A DNA stretch of 64,000 bases from an uncultured Gammaproteobacteria bacterium (GTDB lineage: Bacteria; Patescibacteriota; Patescibacteriia; UBA9570), in assembly GCA_964385285.1 (NCBI GenBank), contig CAYLOJ010000002.1:559-64558 (forward strand). Direction: 5' to 3'. The notes under the pieces are model-generated. The model had not been told where the DNA came from. It saw only the letters and a program-made list of their open reading frames with translations, and searched no databases. Shown here in pieces: positions 1-9,604 of this stretch (positions are counted from its first letter, which is position 1; every line of letters begins with the position of its first letter). The position numbers were made by a program, and so were the translations under genes.

Positions 1-132
1 GATCGACATAATCATCAAGGCGGTGTAATACACAAATTCAACATTGCCACGTACTAGGGCATTGAGCGAAAAGATAAACGTGTAGATTGACGTAAAGTAA
101 ACAATGAACTTCTCTAGTTGATTGGTAGTCAT
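1..132 (-). CDS. Membrane protein, 5' part only (runs off window); possibly DUF2238-like
   Basis: Not in ORF track. My translation: MTTNQLEKFIVYFTSIYTFIFSLNALVRGNVEFVYYTALMIMSI. Its ATG overlaps the upstream TGA (ATGA coupling). Confidence 0.7.
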   Translation of the reverse strand, partial: MTTNQLEKFIVYFTSIYTFIFSLNALVRGNVEFVYYTALMIMSI

Positions 133-911
133 GGTTTGACGATTAAAATTACCTTAGCGCCATTGTTAATATTATCTGGATCCCAATCATGATTGGCGGA
201 CATCAGCGTATCATAACTATAGGTGTAATCTGCGCCACGCCGAGTACCGGGGTCATTTGTAATGACATGCTCCGCGGTATATCCCTTAATGACGAGCATA
301 TGATATATCGGGCCGGGGGCAGTAAAGTTCGGATTGCCAAGTTCACGTCCAGCAGCAGGAAAGATGACTGGATACCCTTGTGCCAAAGCAGTTTTTACAT
401 CATCCCAGGTCCAATCGTAAATGACCTCGGTATGGAGATCATAAAAATCTGAGATCAAATGGGCAGTTTCCTCGGCAGTCGTATCGATTGGCTGTTTCAA
501 GGTATCTTTGTTGTATTGCACTAAGGTGACAATTGCTGTATCGGCATCATTTGCATCCGGGATGTCACGTCCCTGTAAAAAGCGCGCAGCCATTAATACA
601 CTGGCTTCTTCACAAGACTCTTCATGCAGGGCATCCCAATTCGTGAGTGGAGCCTGGGAAGTAAAAGGAATATCTAAATTTAATTCTGTAGGGATCTCAA
701 TGGCTACAGGTGTATTGCTATTGGTTTCCTCCGTCGTGTTAGTGGTAGATGCATTGTGAACAACATCCACATAGGAAACAGCGCTCGGTACTTCGGCTTT
801 GGGGTTACGCCATTCATTAATAGATTCTTTAATCCGAACGCGCTGTGTCCAGGCGAATACAACCATGATGATGACCAGGAGAACACTAAGGGTAATCAGA
901 ATTTTTTTCAT
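129..911 (-). CDS. Membrane-anchored C39-like (papain-fold) peptidase
   Basis: N-terminal TM, then PFTSQAP..W..CEEAS (catalytic Cys), YHMLVIKGY (His) and TNDPG (Asp). Confidence 0.8.
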   Translation of the reverse strand: MKKILITLSVLLVIIMVVFAWTQRVRIKESINEWRNPKAEVPSAVSYVDVVHNASTTNTTEETNSNTPVAIEIPTELNLDIPFTSQAPLTNWDALHEESCEEASVLMAARFLQGRDIPDANDADTAIVTLVQYNKDTLKQPIDTTAEETAHLISDFYDLHTEVIYDWTWDDVKTALAQGYPVIFPAAGRELGNPNFTAPGPIYHMLVIKGYTAEHVITNDPGTRRGADYTYSYDTLMSANHDWDPDNINNGAKVILIVKP

Positions 912-931
912 ACATTACTATCTTAACTATC

Positions 932-2434
932 TTACCGATGTTTAAGCTGGTTTAGCACTAAACGCACTTCGTTATTGCGTAGGCTAAGGATAATGATAGT
1001 ATAGCTAATCATACCACTTCCAGCCATCAATACTAATTGCACCAAAGTGCCTACCGTGAGTTGCCCGACAAGCCAGACCACTACGCCCATAACGATACTT
1101 GCTAGTCCACATTGCAATATGGTTTTACCCATGGCAGGATCCATCAGTTTCGGTAAGCGCCAGAGCAGCAGGAGATCGATCACTAGGGACATGCTGACAA
1201 AGCCCAGTGCTAAACCGGTGACACCAAACCACCAACTGCCGACTAAACAGACCACCACATTCAAGACTGCTCCGATGATACTGATCAATGCCGGAGTCCG
1301 GGTGTCATGTTTCGCATAATAGATCCGTGCCAAGATATGCTGAAAACTCTCTAAGGGGATTGCGAGGGCAAAGACCATTAGAGTGATCGTTGTGCGTGTA
1401 ATCGCCTCTGCATCAAATTCACCGCCACCTAGAAATACAGTAATTAGTGGTCGACTGACAAAAATCATGCCCACCATCGCTGGAAGTGTAAACAATACAA
1501 TGGTGCGCAGCGCGGTCTTAGCATTCCCTAACATTTGATCATGGCGCTCAGCGGCGACATCCGCTGCTAAGAGTGGAAACAAAACGGTGGCAATGGCGAT
1601 GCCAATAAAACTAACCGGCAGACTTTGAAAGTTTCGCGCGAAATTAAAGACCGCGACACTTCCATGTTCAAGCGTAGAACCTACTGCATTGTAGGTCCAC
1701 AAACTGGCTTGGACAGCTAGTAAGCCAATGACCCGTGGCCCCATCAACGCTAGAGTCTGGCGGACAGCGGGGTCATGGAATGCACCAACCCGAATCGTCG
1801 GTTGATAACCGATGCGCCAACTCGCTAGAATCCGAATGGCTAAGTGTAGACAGGCACCGATAATGACACCAAACACGACACCTTGAATGCCAAAGCGCGG
1901 AGCAAAGACAAGGATACCCAGTACAATCCCAACGTTGTACAGCATGGGGGAGAGTGCATAGGCTAAGAACCGGTGCCGGCCTTGTAAGACAGCACCAAAT
2001 AATGTACTGACACCGAAGAGTAATGGTGAGAGCAACATCCAACGACTAGTACTAGTCAGTGTCGCTAAATCGGCAGTGGAGAATCCTGGAGCAATCCAGG
2101 GTGTGATCAGCGGCATACCGGCCAGCGCAAGGAGATCCACGCAAAGTAACGCTACGAGCACAACGGTGAACACACTATTAGCTGCCTGATAAGCAGCCGG
2201 TTCTTGTTTGTGTTTTAAAATTTGTGCAAAGATAGGGATGAAGGCCGTGGTTAATGCCGCCGCAAATAGATTCATAATTAGATCCGGCAATAAAAAAGCC
2301 GAATTAAAAATGTCGACTTCACGACTAGCGCCAAAACTTTGTGCTAACAAACGATCGCGCAATAATCCAAATAGATAACTGCCGGCGGAAGCGCCCGCTA
2401 AAATAATTGCATTACGGCCGAGATGGGAACGCAT
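932..2434 (-). CDS. murJ: Lipid II flippase MurJ (MviN)
   Basis: GLLRDRLLAQSFGA, AFLLPD, YAKHDTRTP motifs; ~14 TM segments, 500 aa. Confidence 0.93.
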   Translation of the reverse strand: MRSHLGRNAIILAGASAGSYLFGLLRDRLLAQSFGASREVDIFNSAFLLPDLIMNLFAAALTTAFIPIFAQILKHKQEPAAYQAANSVFTVVLVALLCVDLLALAGMPLITPWIAPGFSTADLATLTSTSRWMLLSPLLFGVSTLFGAVLQGRHRFLAYALSPMLYNVGIVLGILVFAPRFGIQGVVFGVIIGACLHLAIRILASWRIGYQPTIRVGAFHDPAVRQTLALMGPRVIGLLAVQASLWTYNAVGSTLEHGSVAVFNFARNFQSLPVSFIGIAIATVLFPLLAADVAAERHDQMLGNAKTALRTIVLFTLPAMVGMIFVSRPLITVFLGGGEFDAEAITRTTITLMVFALAIPLESFQHILARIYYAKHDTRTPALISIIGAVLNVVVCLVGSWWFGVTGLALGFVSMSLVIDLLLLWRLPKLMDPAMGKTILQCGLASIVMGVVVWLVGQLTVGTLVQLVLMAGSGMISYTIIILSLRNNEVRLVLNQLKHR

Positions 2435-2850
2435 TAGTTGGGGCTAGTGAATTGGTACACTTGGACAGTGCCATTATCTAAGTAGACTTTGCTACCCGGG
2501 AAGACGATGAGATCACTATAACTTAATCGACCTTTGGGATCTTCCGGGAAGGGCAAGGGTAAGCTATTGCCACAGTGGGTGCAGTGGGGGTGGGCATTAA
2601 ACAAAAATAGTCCGCCACATTCGCAAACTGGTGCATGGCTTTGCAGATCATGCTGTTCGCGCAGTGCTGACCGTTGCAACCACAACCCCTTAATTCTGAC
2701 CTTTGCTTTTGGCTCGATATAGGCATTATGACAGCGTGCACAGTAGAGGTGAGGGAAAACGTTAGAAATCACCGCAAAACGTAGTTGTGACTGGCACGAG
2801 GTACAGGCCATCGTCTGTTGTTGTTCTCCTTGAACGGGTATGGATTTCAT
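2434..2850 (-). CDS. Hypothetical multi-CxxC zinc-ribbon protein
   Basis: CTSC, CARC, CECG and CTHC pairs; stop overlaps the murJ start; TATAAT 7 nt upstream of the ATG. Confidence 0.65.
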   Translation of the reverse strand: MKSIPVQGEQQQTMACTSCQSQLRFAVISNVFPHLYCARCHNAYIEPKAKVRIKGLWLQRSALREQHDLQSHAPVCECGGLFLFNAHPHCTHCGNSLPLPFPEDPKGRLSYSDLIVFPGSKVYLDNGTVQVYQFTSPN

Positions 2851-2924
2851 AGCATGGATTATAACATTTTTTGATGATTCCCGATACTTGCCCCCCGCAG
2901 TATTTTCCGCTAAGGTAGATCCCC

Positions 2925-4703
2925 ATGGCAGATGCAGTGATCGAACAAATTAAGCAGCGCATTGATATTATTGAGTTATTATCAGAGTCGTTGCGTTTAC
3001 AAAAAGCAGGTGGTAATTGGCGGGCGCTGTGTCCCTTTCATCATGAGAACAGTCCGTCATTTATGGTTAGCCAAGAAAAGCAGATTTGGCATTGCTTCGG
3101 TTGTGACAAGGGCGGTGATATTTTTGCCTTCATCCAAGAGATGGAAGGAATAGAGTTTCCGGAAGCGCTCAAAATTTTAGCCCAGCGGGCCAATGTTACG
3201 CTCACACAATTTAATCCTTCCAAGCAACAACGCAAGCAGCAATTATTGCAGGCTGTCGCTTTGGCACAGCAATTTTATGCGCAGGCGTTTCAACAATCTC
3301 AAGAAGCGTTAGTGGCACGCACTTATATTCAGGAACGTGGTTTGAATGCAGACAGTATTACCGGATTTGGTCTCGGATACAGTTACCAAGATTGGTCGCG
3401 TTTAAAAGATTATTTAAAACAGCAAGGGGTGAGTGAGGCTGATCAAGCTGCAGCTGGTTTGGTGATTCACCAGGACTCTGGCGGATACTATGATCGTTTC
3501 CGCGGCCGCGTCATGATTCCATTGCACGATAGTAATGGGGTAGTGGTTGGGTTTACCGCACGTACGTTGAATCCGGCAGAACCGGCAGGCAAATATATTA
3601 ATTCACCACAGTCTGAGATTTACGATAAATCTAGTTTGGTATTTGGCCTGTTTCGCGCGAAGCAAGCGATCAAAAAATTGAACGCTACTTTAGTGATGGA
3701 AGGAAATATGGATGCCATTACGGCGCCGCAACGCGGCTGTCCTATTGCGGCTGCCTCCTCCGGGGCGGCAGTCACTGAACAACAACTTTTACAATTGAAG
3801 CGCTACTCGCATAATTTGTTGCTGGCCTTCGATTTAGATGCCGCCGGTGAAAAAGCGGCTGAACGTGGTATCGATTTAGCCATGCAGCATGCCATGAACA
3901 TTAAAGTGGTGCGCTGGCCAGAACAGTATAAAGATCCTGACGACTGCATCCGTGCTAATCCCGCTGCCTTTAAAGAAGCAATCCGTCAGGCTATTGGAAT
4001 TGTCGATTACTGGTTCATGCAAGCGATGCGTGATCTACAACTTACCAGAGTTGAACATAAAAAATTATTAGTACAACGCTTGCTACCCAAACTGGCCAAG
4101 CTAAAGGATCCGGTTGAGATTGCTCATTATGTGCAGCAGCTAGCCGATGTGGTACGGGTAGATGCACATTTACTACAAGAACAGGTACGGCGTTTAGCGG
4201 GTGGAAAGGGGAATGCCGTGCGTGTGAAGCAAGCTCCAGTGAAACCACGTGGCCAGGATCGCTCTGCACGGTTGGCGGAACATGCTCTCGGTTTGTTGCT
4301 GTTAATGCCTGAGCAGTTAGGATATGCTCAGACCTATCTTGATATCGGATTCATTGCTGACCCTACCCTAGAGGAGCTTTACAGAAGAATGCTAGATCAG
4401 TATAATAAGGCCGGTCAGTTTTCAGAGGAAACCTATCTAAACGCATACCCGGCGGATGCTCCGCTCTTGGGAAAACTACGTTTACAAGTCACTAAAGATT
4501 TCCCTGAACGGTCGCTCGTAGATCAGCAAGAAGCTCTCATTACGGTCATCCGTGAATTACATAAGCGCTATGTAGAGCAACGCTTGCGTTCTATCGAAGT
4601 AGAACTAAAACAAGCCGATTTACAAGAGCAGCAAGAGCTCTCTAATCAATTGATGGAAGAAGCTCAGCTCCTTACGCAACAATTAACTGCGTTATCTCAA
4701 TAA
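2925..4703 (+). CDS. dnaG: DNA primase
   Basis: CPFH..CFGC zinc finger, YDRFRGR, KYINSP, TOPRIM EG.MD and FDxDxAG, KDPD; directly upstream of rpoD. Confidence 0.97.
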   Translation: MADAVIEQIKQRIDIIELLSESLRLQKAGGNWRALCPFHHENSPSFMVSQEKQIWHCFGCDKGGDIFAFIQEMEGIEFPEALKILAQRANVTLTQFNPSKQQRKQQLLQAVALAQQFYAQAFQQSQEALVARTYIQERGLNADSITGFGLGYSYQDWSRLKDYLKQQGVSEADQAAAGLVIHQDSGGYYDRFRGRVMIPLHDSNGVVVGFTARTLNPAEPAGKYINSPQSEIYDKSSLVFGLFRAKQAIKKLNATLVMEGNMDAITAPQRGCPIAAASSGAAVTEQQLLQLKRYSHNLLLAFDLDAAGEKAAERGIDLAMQHAMNIKVVRWPEQYKDPDDCIRANPAAFKEAIRQAIGIVDYWFMQAMRDLQLTRVEHKKLLVQRLLPKLAKLKDPVEIAHYVQQLADVVRVDAHLLQEQVRRLAGGKGNAVRVKQAPVKPRGQDRSARLAEHALGLLLLMPEQLGYAQTYLDIGFIADPTLEELYRRMLDQYNKAGQFSEETYLNAYPADAPLLGKLRLQVTKDFPERSLVDQQEALITVIRELHKRYVEQRLRSIEVELKQADLQEQQELSNQLMEEAQLLTQQLTALSQ

Positions 4704-4705
4704 TA

Positions 4706-6040
4706 ATGGCAAAGCGTCCGGTTACATCCATGAAAGCCAAATCTAAAACTCCAGCCAAAGGGAAGGTTAAGCCTAAAGCAAAACCAAAAGCACAACCTAA
4801 ACCCAAAGCAAAACCTGTAAAGAAACAACCGGCAAAAAAACCTGTAAAGAAACCGGTTGTTAAAAAGAAAACCGCTGAAAAAAAACCGCTAGCTAAAAAG
4901 TCTTCAGACAAAAAGGTTAAAGCTCCAGCTCTCGTTTTGTCTGCACCCGTTCCATTTCCTGTTGATGGCGCTGAGTTATTGTTGAAAAAGGGCCGCACCC
5001 GCAACTTCCTCACAGAAACTGAGATGCTCTATACCTTCAATAGTTTGGAAGATTACGTTTCTGAATTTGAATTCTGGTTAGGGTTAGTAGAAAAATCGGG
5101 TATTCAGGTGATTGAAACCGATGGTAACGTACTTGGGTTAGATGCAAAACGTGTCGGCTTAGTAGATGCAAATCGTGAAAAGGCTGGTAAAGCGGCGATG
5201 GATCTGTCTGATATTTCTGGTGACTCCATTCAGATGTATTTGCGAGAAATTGGTAAAGTACCGTTATTGTCGACCGAAGAGGAGATTCGTTTAGCCAAAT
5301 TAAAAGAGGCCGGAGACCTGGAAGCAAAGCGCAAGTTGCTAGAAGCAAACTTACGCTTGGTAGTAAGTATTGCTAAAAAATTCACCGGCCGCTCATTATC
5401 CTTATTGGATCTTATCCAAGAGGGCAACATTGGTTTACATCGCGCTGTTGAAAAATTTGATTATCGTAAAGGTTATAAATTTTCTACCTACGCTACCTGG
5501 TGGATTCGCCAAGCCATTACCCGTAGTTTGGCCGATCAATCTCGTACCATTCGTATTCCGGTGCACATGGTGGAAACAATCAATAAATTTCAACAGATTG
5601 AACGTGGCTTAATTCAGATCCTTGGTCGCGAACCCCTACCTGAAGAGATCGCCGCAGAAATGGGTGAAGAGTTGGACAAGGTCCATACCATTATTAAGAT
5701 CTCTCAAGAAACTGTTTCATTAGAAACTTCTGTTGGGGATGATGAATCTGAAGATTCTACACTTGGCGATTTCATCGAAGATCAAAAGACCATGTCTCCA
5801 GATCGTTCGGCTTCACTGCAACTCTTAAAGGATCACGTCTTTGATATTATTAAAGATCTACCACCACGCGAGCAAAAAATTCTTGAAATGCGTTTTGGAT
5901 TGATCGACGGTGTGTCCCATACCTTGGAAGAGGTTGGTCAGGAGTTTGGAGTTACTCGTGAACGTATTCGTCAGATTGAAGCTAAAGCTTTGGATAAAAT
6001 TCAACAGCACGTCGGCATGCGCAAGCTAAGGGATTATTAA
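4706..6040 (+). CDS. rpoD: Primary sigma factor RpoD with Lys/Pro/Ala-rich N-terminal extension
   Basis: [32 protein letters not shown] and TRERIRQIE motifs. Confidence 0.97.
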   Translation: MAKRPVTSMKAKSKTPAKGKVKPKAKPKAQPKPKAKPVKKQPAKKPVKKPVVKKKTAEKKPLAKKSSDKKVKAPALVLSAPVPFPVDGAELLLKKGRTRNFLTETEMLYTFNSLEDYVSEFEFWLGLVEKSGIQVIETDGNVLGLDAKRVGLVDANREKAGKAAMDLSDISGDSIQMYLREIGKVPLLSTEEEIRLAKLKEAGDLEAKRKLLEANLRLVVSIAKKFTGRSLSLLDLIQEGNIGLHRAVEKFDYRKGYKFSTYATWWIRQAITRSLADQSRTIRIPVHMVETINKFQQIERGLIQILGREPLPEEIAAEMGEELDKVHTIIKISQETVSLETSVGDDESEDSTLGDFIEDQKTMSPDRSASLQLLKDHVFDIIKDLPPREQKILEMRFGLIDGVSHTLEEVGQEFGVTRERIRQIEAKALDKIQQHVGMRKLRDY

Positions 6041-6051
6041 AAGATCCTAAT

Positions 6052-6108
6052 CTACCCACGGGGATAAACCCCGGGACTCCAATGGGAGGCGCCGGCTTTA
6101 GGCCGGTT
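6052..6108. repeat. Cluster of three short hairpins resembling abutted IS200/IS605-type ends (PATE-like relic)
   Basis: CGGGG-ATAAA-CCCCG (6059-6073), CTCC-AATG-GGAG, CCGGC-TTTAG-GCCGG (6092-6106). The TAAA and TTTA loops are in opposite orientation. Confidence 0.4.
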
Positions 6109-6152
6109 GCTGGTATGTTCAATTTTGTAAGGTGCTTTATTTTTTTCATCAC

Positions 6153-6181
6153 TTGCAATGGTGTGTCAGCTGGGGTATAAA
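6153..6181 (+). promoter_or_regulatory. Sigma70 promoter for thyX (leaderless geometry)
   Basis: TTGCAA-17-TATAAA, ending 6 nt before ATG 6188. Confidence 0.6.
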
Positions 6182-6187
6182 TAGTAC

Positions 6188-7747
6188 ATGAAACAGAAGT
6201 CTAAAACTCCACAACGACGTAAATTACAACGCAGTATCTATGCCGTGGGAGGCTTAGCGCTACCACCGGAAGCTGGCGCCTACGGTTTAGCCCGTTACAG
6301 TCGGTCTGATAAACCAGCCAGAGAGACCTTTACTGCAATGGCTGAAAAAATTCTCGAAGGGAATGACGCGATGAAGCGTTTTTTTGAGATTTTTTATTTC
6401 CAATATGGTCATGCCTCGATTGCTGACTTAGCCCATGTGGGGATGGCGGTAGAAAATATCTCCATGATCGCTGCGATGGATTTAGTGGACGAACAGCTAT
6501 GGGATGGCCAAGAACGTTCTACACGTTATCAACACTTCAGTGAAGATGCCGTGCATGAACCGAACAGCGTGACGAAGAATGCCAAAGTCGCTAAGCAGTA
6601 TCGCACGGGCATTGCCTACCTGATGGCTGAGTATGAAAAGCTGTATCCAGAATTGTTAGCCGCCGTACAAGAGCAAAATCCATTACCGAAAGATTATCCA
6701 GAGGGTGCCTACAAATCAGCTACCAAAGCGCGCGCTTTTGATATGGCACGCTATCTGTTGCCCTTAGCTACGTTGACCAGCGTTGGTCAGATTACCTCTG
6801 GCCGCACCTTAGAGAAGATGATTTCGCGGTTATACTCAAGTGACTATAGTGAAATTCGAGCGATGGCGGATGATCTGAAAACAGCTTGTAATTCTCCAGC
6901 GTTTAACCCGTTCAGCCAAGAGATTGCGAGCGGATTGAAGAAAATTCCGGATGCTAAATTACGTAAACGGTTAGAAAAAATTCTCGCTCCAGGACACCCA
7001 CTACCAACCTTAGTGAAGTACACGGCACCGATGAAGTATCAGATGGAGACAAAAAAAGATCTTCAACAAGCGGCACGTGAATTGTTGAAAATAAAAACGG
7101 TGGATTCGAGTTTTGATGTCCAGGCATTTCATAAACAAGACCCATTGGTGGAGGCTGTGACTACAGCGCTCTATGGCGTAACCCACTATTCCTACAAACA
7201 AATTTACACACAAGTAAAAGAGTGGAGTGAGAAGCGATTGATTGAGGTCTATGAATTAGCCACACGTAAACGAGGCGCGCATGATGAATTACCGCGCTAC
7301 TTAGATACTCATAGTGTGACGATGGATATCTTAATGGATGTGGGTTCTTACCGTGATATGCACCGACATCGTCGTACTATCCAAGTTCCGCAAGATTATA
7401 CTCCAATCCATGGTTACGATACGCATCCTGAAACCGGAAAATATGGTGGTCTCTATCCATATCAAGTCGCCATGGATAATATTTCAGAAACGTTGAAGAA
7501 ACTAGATGCAGTTAATCATGAAGCGGCCATTTATTTAATGCCGATGGGCTTTAAGCGTCGTTCATTGTTCAAGATGGGCTGGAATGAGATTGATTACATT
7601 GGCAAATTGCGTACCGGACCAGGCCGTCATTTATCGTATTGGACGATTGCACTCAGAATGGTTGAAGAGGCCAAAAAATTATCTCCTGTGCGCACACGAC
7701 ATATTCCCACCAAACCGTTATCGATGGATACGGTCTATGAGCGTTAA
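6188..7747 (+). CDS. thyX: FAD-dependent thymidylate synthase, tandem-domain form
   Basis: YGHASIAD, QERSTRY, ARYLLP and second-domain RDMHRHR motifs; 519 aa. Confidence 0.88.
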   Translation: MKQKSKTPQRRKLQRSIYAVGGLALPPEAGAYGLARYSRSDKPARETFTAMAEKILEGNDAMKRFFEIFYFQYGHASIADLAHVGMAVENISMIAAMDLVDEQLWDGQERSTRYQHFSEDAVHEPNSVTKNAKVAKQYRTGIAYLMAEYEKLYPELLAAVQEQNPLPKDYPEGAYKSATKARAFDMARYLLPLATLTSVGQITSGRTLEKMISRLYSSDYSEIRAMADDLKTACNSPAFNPFSQEIASGLKKIPDAKLRKRLEKILAPGHPLPTLVKYTAPMKYQMETKKDLQQAARELLKIKTVDSSFDVQAFHKQDPLVEAVTTALYGVTHYSYKQIYTQVKEWSEKRLIEVYELATRKRGAHDELPRYLDTHSVTMDILMDVGSYRDMHRHRRTIQVPQDYTPIHGYDTHPETGKYGGLYPYQVAMDNISETLKKLDAVNHEAAIYLMPMGFKRRSLFKMGWNEIDYIGKLRTGPGRHLSYWTIALRMVEEAKKLSPVRTRHIPTKPLSMDTVYER

Positions 7748-8489
7748 AACGTGGTTGCAGTTGGTGGGTGGGGCACTGGCCTGCGTTGCCATTGGTCTGA
7801 CTGCGTTAACACTCTGGTTATATTTTGTAATTGCTAGTGGTTTGCCGGCTGAGCGACCAGCCGAGTTTACATTTGAAATTGCCGAAGGCGGTGGCATGCT
7901 AAATCAATCCTCGAGTTATGAATTAACAAATGGCCAACTGACCTATACGGATCACTATGAAGACAGTACGGTCACGACGCAATTTGATCTGAGTGAAGAG
8001 GAGTTGGATTATTTTTGGCAGATTTTGCGAGTGCAGCGGTTTGATCGCATGCGCGCGCATGAAGAGCAAGGCGTCTATGATCGTGGCGGTACTACGATGC
8101 GGCTGAACTACAATGATGTCAATATTTCAGCCACCGATGCCGGCATGACCTTTTTAAATGGTTCGAGCTCAAAGCGTTTTTATGCTATCGAACGAGAGCT
8201 GACCACATTAGTAAAACCATACCTAGATAATCGTATGCGTTCCGTTGCAGTGAAGATTGACCCTGCAGTTGCGCCTGCTGTTCAGTTTGTACAACTCAAT
8301 GCGCAAGTGCTGTACGCACAGACTGGTGATGCCAGTGGACACCTTTCGGTATTACCTGGTGATTATCTTGTCAGTCTGACAACGCAAGATGGCTATGAAA
8401 CCAGCATGGTCACCATTACAGAAGCCTCAAATATTGTGGTGAGTGGTTCACCAGATGCGATTACCGTAACCGTAGAACCAATTCTTTAG
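7737..8489 (+). CDS. Hypothetical membrane-anchored exported protein
   Basis: Start reassigned to ATG 7737 (MSVKTWL), overlapping the thyX end; N-terminal TM. Confidence 0.65.
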   Translation: MSVKTWLQLVGGALACVAIGLTALTLWLYFVIASGLPAERPAEFTFEIAEGGGMLNQSSSYELTNGQLTYTDHYEDSTVTTQFDLSEEELDYFWQILRVQRFDRMRAHEEQGVYDRGGTTMRLNYNDVNISATDAGMTFLNGSSSKRFYAIERELTTLVKPYLDNRMRSVAVKIDPAVAPAVQFVQLNAQVLYAQTGDASGHLSVLPGDYLVSLTTQDGYETSMVTITEASNIVVSGSPDAITVTVEPIL

Positions 8490-8499
8490 TTCTTGAACT

Positions 8500-8537
8500 C
8501 TAGTTTCTACAGCGTAGTATTACGCTCTACAAACTAG
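8500..8537. repeat. REP-like palindrome (GTAGAG family, degenerate)
   Basis: CTAGTTTCTACAGCGTA-GTAT-TACGCTCTACAAACTAG; same CGTAGTATTACG core as 44789-44818. Confidence 0.65.
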
Positions 8538-8539
8538 GT

Positions 8540-8569
8540 GTGCTCCGAAATGAATCATTTCAGGAGCAC
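8540..8569 (-). terminator. Hairpin downstream of the GC-rich lipoprotein gene
   Basis: GTGCTCC-GAAATGA..TCATTTC-A-GGAGCAC; no clear U-tract. Confidence 0.5.
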
Positions 8570-8617
8570 CGGAGCGTTCCACCCATGTGGTCACGTTCCG
8601 TCCTCCTAGTGGGCCGA

Positions 8618-9295
8618 CTACTCGCAGTCCGTGTCGCCGAACGTGTCGGCGGCGCCGTCGCAGTCGTCATCAAGGCCGTTGTTGCAGTTCTCGGGCGCGG
8701 CTGGGTTGATGACGTCGCTGGTGTCGTCGCAGTCGTCGCTGGCTGCGCCGTAGCCATCCCCGTCGTTGTCGTCGGTGATGCAGGTGGCGCCCACCTCCCA
8801 GTCCTCATCGAGCACACCGTCACAGTCCTCGTCCTCCTGATCCCCGCATTGCTCGGTGGCACCGGGGTGGATGGACGGATCCTGATCGTTGCAGTCGACG
8901 TCGTACTCATGGCCGTCGAGGTCACGGTCGAAGTCGTTGTCTCCGGCGCAGTTGGAGTCGAGACCGTCGTACCAGATCTCGGGCGCGGCTGGGTTGACGC
9001 TGGCATCGGCATCGTTGCAGTCTCCGCCCGTCCAGCTGGTGCCCGCGGGGAGCACACAGGTGGTGTTGAGGGCGTCGTAGCCGTAGCCATCGTCGTCCTC
9101 ATCCAGGTAGGCGATCTGTTGTAGGCCCTGGTCGATGAGACCATCACAGTCGTCATCGAGGCCGTTGCAGACCTCTGCGGTGGGAGTGCAGGACGGGCCG
9201 GTGTCGGCAACCGTCGCCGTGTCTTCCCCAAGGATCACCACCTTACCGGCGGTGCAGCCCGAGAGTAGACACAGGCACAGAATCATCAGTTTCAT
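8618..9295 (-). CDS. GC-rich predicted lipoprotein with Cys/Asp 'putative metal-binding' (MopE-like) repeats
   Basis: Start moved to ATG 9295 (MKLMILCLCLLSGC lipobox) behind GGAGGT. Repeats of E.C.NG.DDDCDG and DCND.D.S.NP.A.E; GC about 60-70% in lines counted. Confidence 0.8.
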   Translation of the reverse strand: MKLMILCLCLLSGCTAGKVVILGEDTATVADTGPSCTPTAEVCNGLDDDCDGLIDQGLQQIAYLDEDDDGYGYDALNTTCVLPAGTSWTGGDCNDADASVNPAAPEIWYDGLDSNCAGDNDFDRDLDGHEYDVDCNDQDPSIHPGATEQCGDQEDEDCDGVLDEDWEVGATCITDDNDGDGYGAASDDCDDTSDVINPAAPENCNNGLDDDCDGAADTFGDTDCE

Positions 9296-9337
9296 GGAAC
9301 CTCCGTTCCTGTTGAGGGTCGTTGCCTGAAAACGCGG

Positions 9338-9370
9338 ATCATTTTTAGCTGACTTTGATGGAACTGTCAA
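9338..9370 (-). promoter_or_regulatory. Sigma70-like promoter for the GC-rich lipoprotein gene
   Basis: Minus strand TTGACA-17-TAAAAA(T). Confidence 0.5.
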
Positions 9371-9419
9371 CGCTAACTGATGATCAAAATACCCAATTTT
9401 ACTATTGTAAAACCAAGCG

Positions 9420-9448
9420 TTGACAGTTTTTTAGCTCAGCACTATAAT
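9420..9448 (+). promoter_or_regulatory. Consensus sigma70 promoter of tRNA-Asn
   Basis: TTGACA (9420-9425), 17 bp, TATAAT (9443-9448). Confidence 0.85.
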
Positions 9449-9480
9449 CACAGGCGTTCTTTGAGTAAAGAATAAACTAT

Positions 9481-9552
9481 TCAGGAGTAGCTCAGCGGTA
9501 GAGCAATACGCTGTTAACGTATGGGTCCTGGGTTCAAATCCCAGCTCCTGAG
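9481..9552 (+). tRNA. tRNA-Asn (GTT)
   Basis: Cloverleaf with TCAGGAG/CTCCTGA acceptor, ATACG-CTGTTAA-CGTAT anticodon arm, GGTTCAAATCC T-arm; CCA not encoded. Confidence 0.96.
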
Positions 9553-9599
9553 CATAAATAAAATCACGCCCATCTGGGCGTGATTTTATTTGATTGTTC
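9536..9599 (+). repeat. Direct repeat copy 1 (tRNA-Asn 3' end plus terminator hairpin; att-like)
   Basis: 64 bp, 59/64 identical to 10702-10765. Confidence 0.9.
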
Positions 9600-9604
9600 A
9601 AGTA

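Noticed and set aside
3711-3775. DGR variable region in dnaG
   Set aside because: No reverse transcriptase or template repeat in the window, and the changes are not confined to adenines.
8540-9329. Alternative-frame ORFs (8540-9124 +, 8560-9231 -, others) over the GC-rich lipoprotein gene
   Set aside because: Shadow frames of high-GC3 coding DNA; Val-rich or Thr/Arg-rich translations with no motifs.
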